From: a virus | Taxonomy: Duplodnaviria; Heunggongvirae; Uroviricota; Caudoviricetes | Length of the DNA: 64,000 bases | IMG/VR virus record: IMGVR_UViG_3300031963_000024 | Span: 5,753 to 69,752 of that record | Strand: one strand, 5' to 3' | Shown here: piece by piece, positions 61,275 through 64,000 of the stretch | Position numbering within the stretch: position 1 is the first letter of the stretch | How the letters are laid out: the number at the start of each line of letters is the position of its first letter | Notes under the pieces: model-generated | Told to the model about the DNA's origin: nothing | What the model saw: only the letters and a program-made list of their open reading frames with translations | The model's database searches: none | Position numbers and translations under genes: made by a program

Positions 61275-62006
61275 ATGTCTGAACATAAATATAAAACAAA
61301 AAAGGAAGCTTTAGACGCAGCTGAAAAACTTGGTTGTCTTGGATATCACAAAATGGGTGATGATTCGTATATGCCGTGTAAATCACACGAAAGATTTAAA
61401 AAATTAAATTCAACAAAAACTAAAGAAGAACCCGAAGGTGAACTTGAAGAATTTGTGGATGCCGATGGTACAATGTTGAATTCTAAGATTCCAATTTTAG
61501 ACCCAGCATTACACCCAAGAAAAACTATGGACCAAACCGTTCAAGCTGCAAGAAATGTTTATGACATTTTTAGAATGGGTTATAGAAGATATTTTAGTGA
61601 GTCGGCTAAAGAAATTGAAGAGCATGATATGGAACATGCGTTTTCTTATGATGAAACCAAATTTATGAACGCCAAAGAAACAATAAAATATTTGGAAAAA
61701 GAATTAGGTTTGGATAGTGAGGATGCTAAAGACAGAGCAAAGGAAATGGGTAAAGACCCAAAGATGGATAAAAAATCTAAATTTAAAGACGATAAGAATT
61801 TTGTTAATCGTGGTGTAATTGCGGAAAAAGATGTTGATGAAGTTAAAGAAGAAATTATTTCAAAAAAATCTAATGACCAAGAAATTACAGAAAAATCTAA
61901 AATTTCATCAAAGGTAATTTCAAGAAATGTAACCGCACTTAAAAAACAGGCGGAAAAAGAAGGTATATCAATAAACGACTTAATAAAAATGTTGAAAAGT
62001 GAATAA
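61275..62006 (+). CDS. Hypothetical charged protein with an N-terminal Cys/His motif
   Basis: AEKLGCLGYHKMGDDSYMPCKSH. Confidence 0.65.
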   Translation: MSEHKYKTKKEALDAAEKLGCLGYHKMGDDSYMPCKSHERFKKLNSTKTKEEPEGELEEFVDADGTMLNSKIPILDPALHPRKTMDQTVQAARNVYDIFRMGYRRYFSESAKEIEEHDMEHAFSYDETKFMNAKETIKYLEKELGLDSEDAKDRAKEMGKDPKMDKKSKFKDDKNFVNRGVIAEKDVDEVKEEIISKKSNDQEITEKSKISSKVISRNVTALKKQAEKEGISINDLIKMLKSE

Positions 62007-62460
62007 AGACCTGTATGGTAAGGAATATCAAATTCCACCACATTTATTAAACATGATTGCGAAAGGTTTAGCTAAGTATTCAAATCAGAGTACTGAAAAT
62101 GTTAAACGTGCACAAGATTTAATATCAACAGGTAATGCAACTTATCAACAATTAAAAAGAATAAAAAACTGGTTTGAATCAAACTCCAATACATCAAACC
62201 CTGAATTTCATCTTTTAGGTGGTGGAGCGTTTAAAGGATGGGTTGACCAAACATTAGACTCAGATAGAGGGGCAATTGATTTATCTAAAAAAGCAAAGAG
62301 TGTTGCGATGTCAAATCAATACAGTGACGAACACGAAAAAAATAATGACTTGAGAAAAGATTTCAGACCAAGTCAATCACATAAAAAAAGTGGGCACAAA
62401 ATAACAGGTGTTCATGAAGAAATTGAAAGAATAAACACGTGGTTTAAAATATTAATATAA
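61999..62460 (+). CDS. Hypothetical phage protein
   Basis: 153 aa; LKRIKNWF...LLGG..FKGW. Confidence 0.6.
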   Translation: MNKDLYGKEYQIPPHLLNMIAKGLAKYSNQSTENVKRAQDLISTGNATYQQLKRIKNWFESNSNTSNPEFHLLGGGAFKGWVDQTLDSDRGAIDLSKKAKSVAMSNQYSDEHEKNNDLRKDFRPSQSHKKSGHKITGVHEEIERINTWFKILI

Positions 62461-62765
62461 TGAGTACACAAAACGACAGATTAGATTTTTCGCAACCTGC
62501 TGGTGACAACAATCAGTTAAGTTTTTATGCGGAACAACAAAGAGCAAAATTATTTCCGAGAAATGATTTTAACACAAAGAATCAATACGGTCCAACAAAC
62601 AAAGACGCATTAGCAGACGGTGACGCTATGGGTAGAGGGACTGGTGGATTTTTGGACGTTAACAATGATAAAATTGGAAATAGTGCTGATATTATGGATA
62701 GAATTGATAATATCAAAACAAACAAATATAACTCAAAAGCACCTTATACAACACCAACACCATAA
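62460..62765 (+). CDS. Hypothetical protein
   Basis: 101 aa, TAATG-coupled on both sides. Confidence 0.6.
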   Translation: MSTQNDRLDFSQPAGDNNQLSFYAEQQRAKLFPRNDFNTKNQYGPTNKDALADGDAMGRGTGGFLDVNNDKIGNSADIMDRIDNIKTNKYNSKAPYTTPTP

Positions 62766-63172
62766 TGAAACTTTTTTCATCATTTAAAGATGTATTAACT
62801 GAAGCAGTGTCTTTTGATGACTTACAAAAAGCCATCAAAAGCTTGGATGTTATTACAATTACTTACGATGGTGATGAACCGGGCGGTAAAGGATATAGAA
62901 CTGTTTACCCCGTTTGTTTGGGTAGGTCAAAATCTGGTAATTTGGTTTTAAGAGCTTATGATATTGAAGGAGCATCCCACAGAGCATCACTTGGATTAAA
63001 ACCTTTACCGAGTTGGAGAATGTTTAGAATTGATAAAACATTTACTTTTAACCGAACTGGTGAGAAATTTAATGAACTACCTGTGGACTATAACCCAAAT
63101 GGAGATAAATCAATGACACAAGTTTACATAAACGCAAAACTAGGTCAAACCCCTGAAGAAATAATAGCATAA
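62765..63172 (+). CDS. Stand-alone WYL-domain protein
   Basis: ITITYDG...RTVYPVCLG...LRAY...WRMFRIDK; no HTH domain. Confidence 0.75.
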   Translation: MKLFSSFKDVLTEAVSFDDLQKAIKSLDVITITYDGDEPGGKGYRTVYPVCLGRSKSGNLVLRAYDIEGASHRASLGLKPLPSWRMFRIDKTFTFNRTGEKFNELPVDYNPNGDKSMTQVYINAKLGQTPEEIIA

Positions 63173-63173
63173 T

Positions 63174-63764
63174 ATGAGCAACGATTTAATGGCAAAATTA
63201 GCCTTATCCAAAAAAATAATGGATAGACACCAAGTAATACCAAGAGGTAATGCAAGTGGTACCCCAAATTATAATACACCAATGGTTGAAAACTACGAAG
63301 CAGTTCCTGCAACTTATAACATACCACAAGAATACGCCTCTGATACATCTTTATCAGAAGTTAAACAACCTGAATTACCAACACAAGATAGAATTTTAAA
63401 TTCAAAATTACCTGATGAAATAAAACAATTAATGATTGAAAACCCAATTGCTCAAGCAAGTTTACCGGGAACTACAAATGTTTTATCTAATGAAATTATT
63501 GAAGGAGCACAAAAGTTAATGGGAACAACACCCAAAAAACAAAGCCAACCTCAATCAAATAATACATCCGGTTTTGACATGAATGCATTAAAAACAATGA
63601 TTAGAGACACTGTTAGAGACACAGTTAGAGATGTGGTTAGAGAAGAATTATCTAAATCAGGAATTATTGTTGAAAATGAACAAAAAACTAATGAATTTCT
63701 AAGTTTAAAAGTTGGTAAACATCTTTTTGAAGGTAAGGTTACAAAAATTAAAAAGATTCAATAA
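63174..63764 (+). CDS. Hypothetical protein
   Basis: 196 aa; MIRDTVRDTVRDVVREEL helix. Confidence 0.6.
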   Translation: MSNDLMAKLALSKKIMDRHQVIPRGNASGTPNYNTPMVENYEAVPATYNIPQEYASDTSLSEVKQPELPTQDRILNSKLPDEIKQLMIENPIAQASLPGTTNVLSNEIIEGAQKLMGTTPKKQSQPQSNNTSGFDMNALKTMIRDTVRDTVRDVVREELSKSGIIVENEQKTNEFLSLKVGKHLFEGKVTKIKKIQ

Positions 63765-63766
63765 GG

Positions 63767-63797
63767 TTTGATTATTCAATTAATATTTCTATATTTT
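63767..63797 (+). promoter_or_regulatory. Bacteroidota-type -33/-7 promoter candidate
   Basis: TTTG-N19-TATATTTT, 15 nt before ATG 63813. Confidence 0.5.
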
Positions 63798-63812
63798 AAG
63801 AAATATTAACAT

Positions 63813-64000
63813 ATGTCAAAGATTAAAATACTAGTTTTACCATCAGACAGAACGGGAGTTGGTAAATTTCGTTCAATCGAACCTCACATTTTTTTACAGA
63901 ATAAATACCCTGAAGATTTTCACGTAGATATTGATTTTGAACCAAAAATGGATGATATATCCTATTGGACAAAATACGATATGGTTTGTTTTCACAGGAG
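63813..64000 (+). CDS. Probable glycosyltransferase, N-terminus only (runs off window end)
   Basis: Not in the track. MSKIKILVLPSDRTGVGKFRSIEPHIFLQ...YDMVCFHR, a GT-B-like N-terminal pattern; only about 62 codons visible. Confidence 0.55.
   Translation, partial: MSKIKILVLPSDRTGVGKFRSIEPHIFLQNKYPEDFHVDIDFEPKMDDISYWTKYDMVCFHR

Noticed and set aside
2520-62767. Many TAATG stop/start overlaps
   Set aside because: Ordinary translational coupling; used only to correct start sites.
63598-63646. GTTAGAGA-type 12-nt periodic repeat
   Set aside because: Simply encodes the RDTV-RDTV-RDVV-REEL helix; too short to indicate a separate element.
1-64000. Alternative genetic code (TAG or TGA reassignment) as in some jumbo phages
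   Set aside because: Conserved genes (pol, RNR, sheath, helicase) are full-length in code 11, and no in-frame stops split recognisable domains.
1-64000. tRNA or other structured RNA genes
   Set aside because: Intergenic gaps are mostly under 125 nt and no cloverleaf or T-loop GTTCRA in a suitable context was seen; a tRNAscan-SE/Infernal run would be definitive.

Overview
This is a 64 kb, AT-rich, almost fully coding segment of a large T4-like contractile-tailed (myovirus) phage genome in the standard genetic code. The host is probably Bacteroidota, inferred from SprB-type repeats, the general lack of Shine-Dalgarno sites and TTTG-N19-TATAyTT promoters. The window holds a tail/baseplate/neck module: sheath, tube, gp26-like chaperone, tape measure, gp48/54-like, LysM/gp53, hub, gp25, gp6, gp7/P2-I, gp13/14/15, and PT-linker LamG and SprB adhesins. 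That module is interleaved with replication genes: class II RNR, DnaB/gp41, RNase H-type 5' nuclease, RecA/UvsX, gp32-like SSB, family B polymerase and an SNF2 helicase. The strongest unexplained signals are five. (1) An unannotated, start-less gp51-like ORF reachable only by a +1 shift at UUU_CGC in the tail chaperone gene. (2) A Mn-type superoxide dismutase fused to a PD-(D/E)xK nuclease-like domain. (3) A TATTTAT motif, the reverse complement of the T4 late box, before 18 genes, 6 of them possibly leaderless. (4) A set of enzymes and small proteins (SOD-nuclease, HAD, WYL) carrying prohead-protease-like (I/L/V)xE leaders, possibly capsid cargo. (5) Mucin-like PT stalks in the same window as a glycosyltransferase. 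No tRNA, CRISPR array, intein or mobile element was found. All product calls come from motif recognition by eye; no database searches were run.
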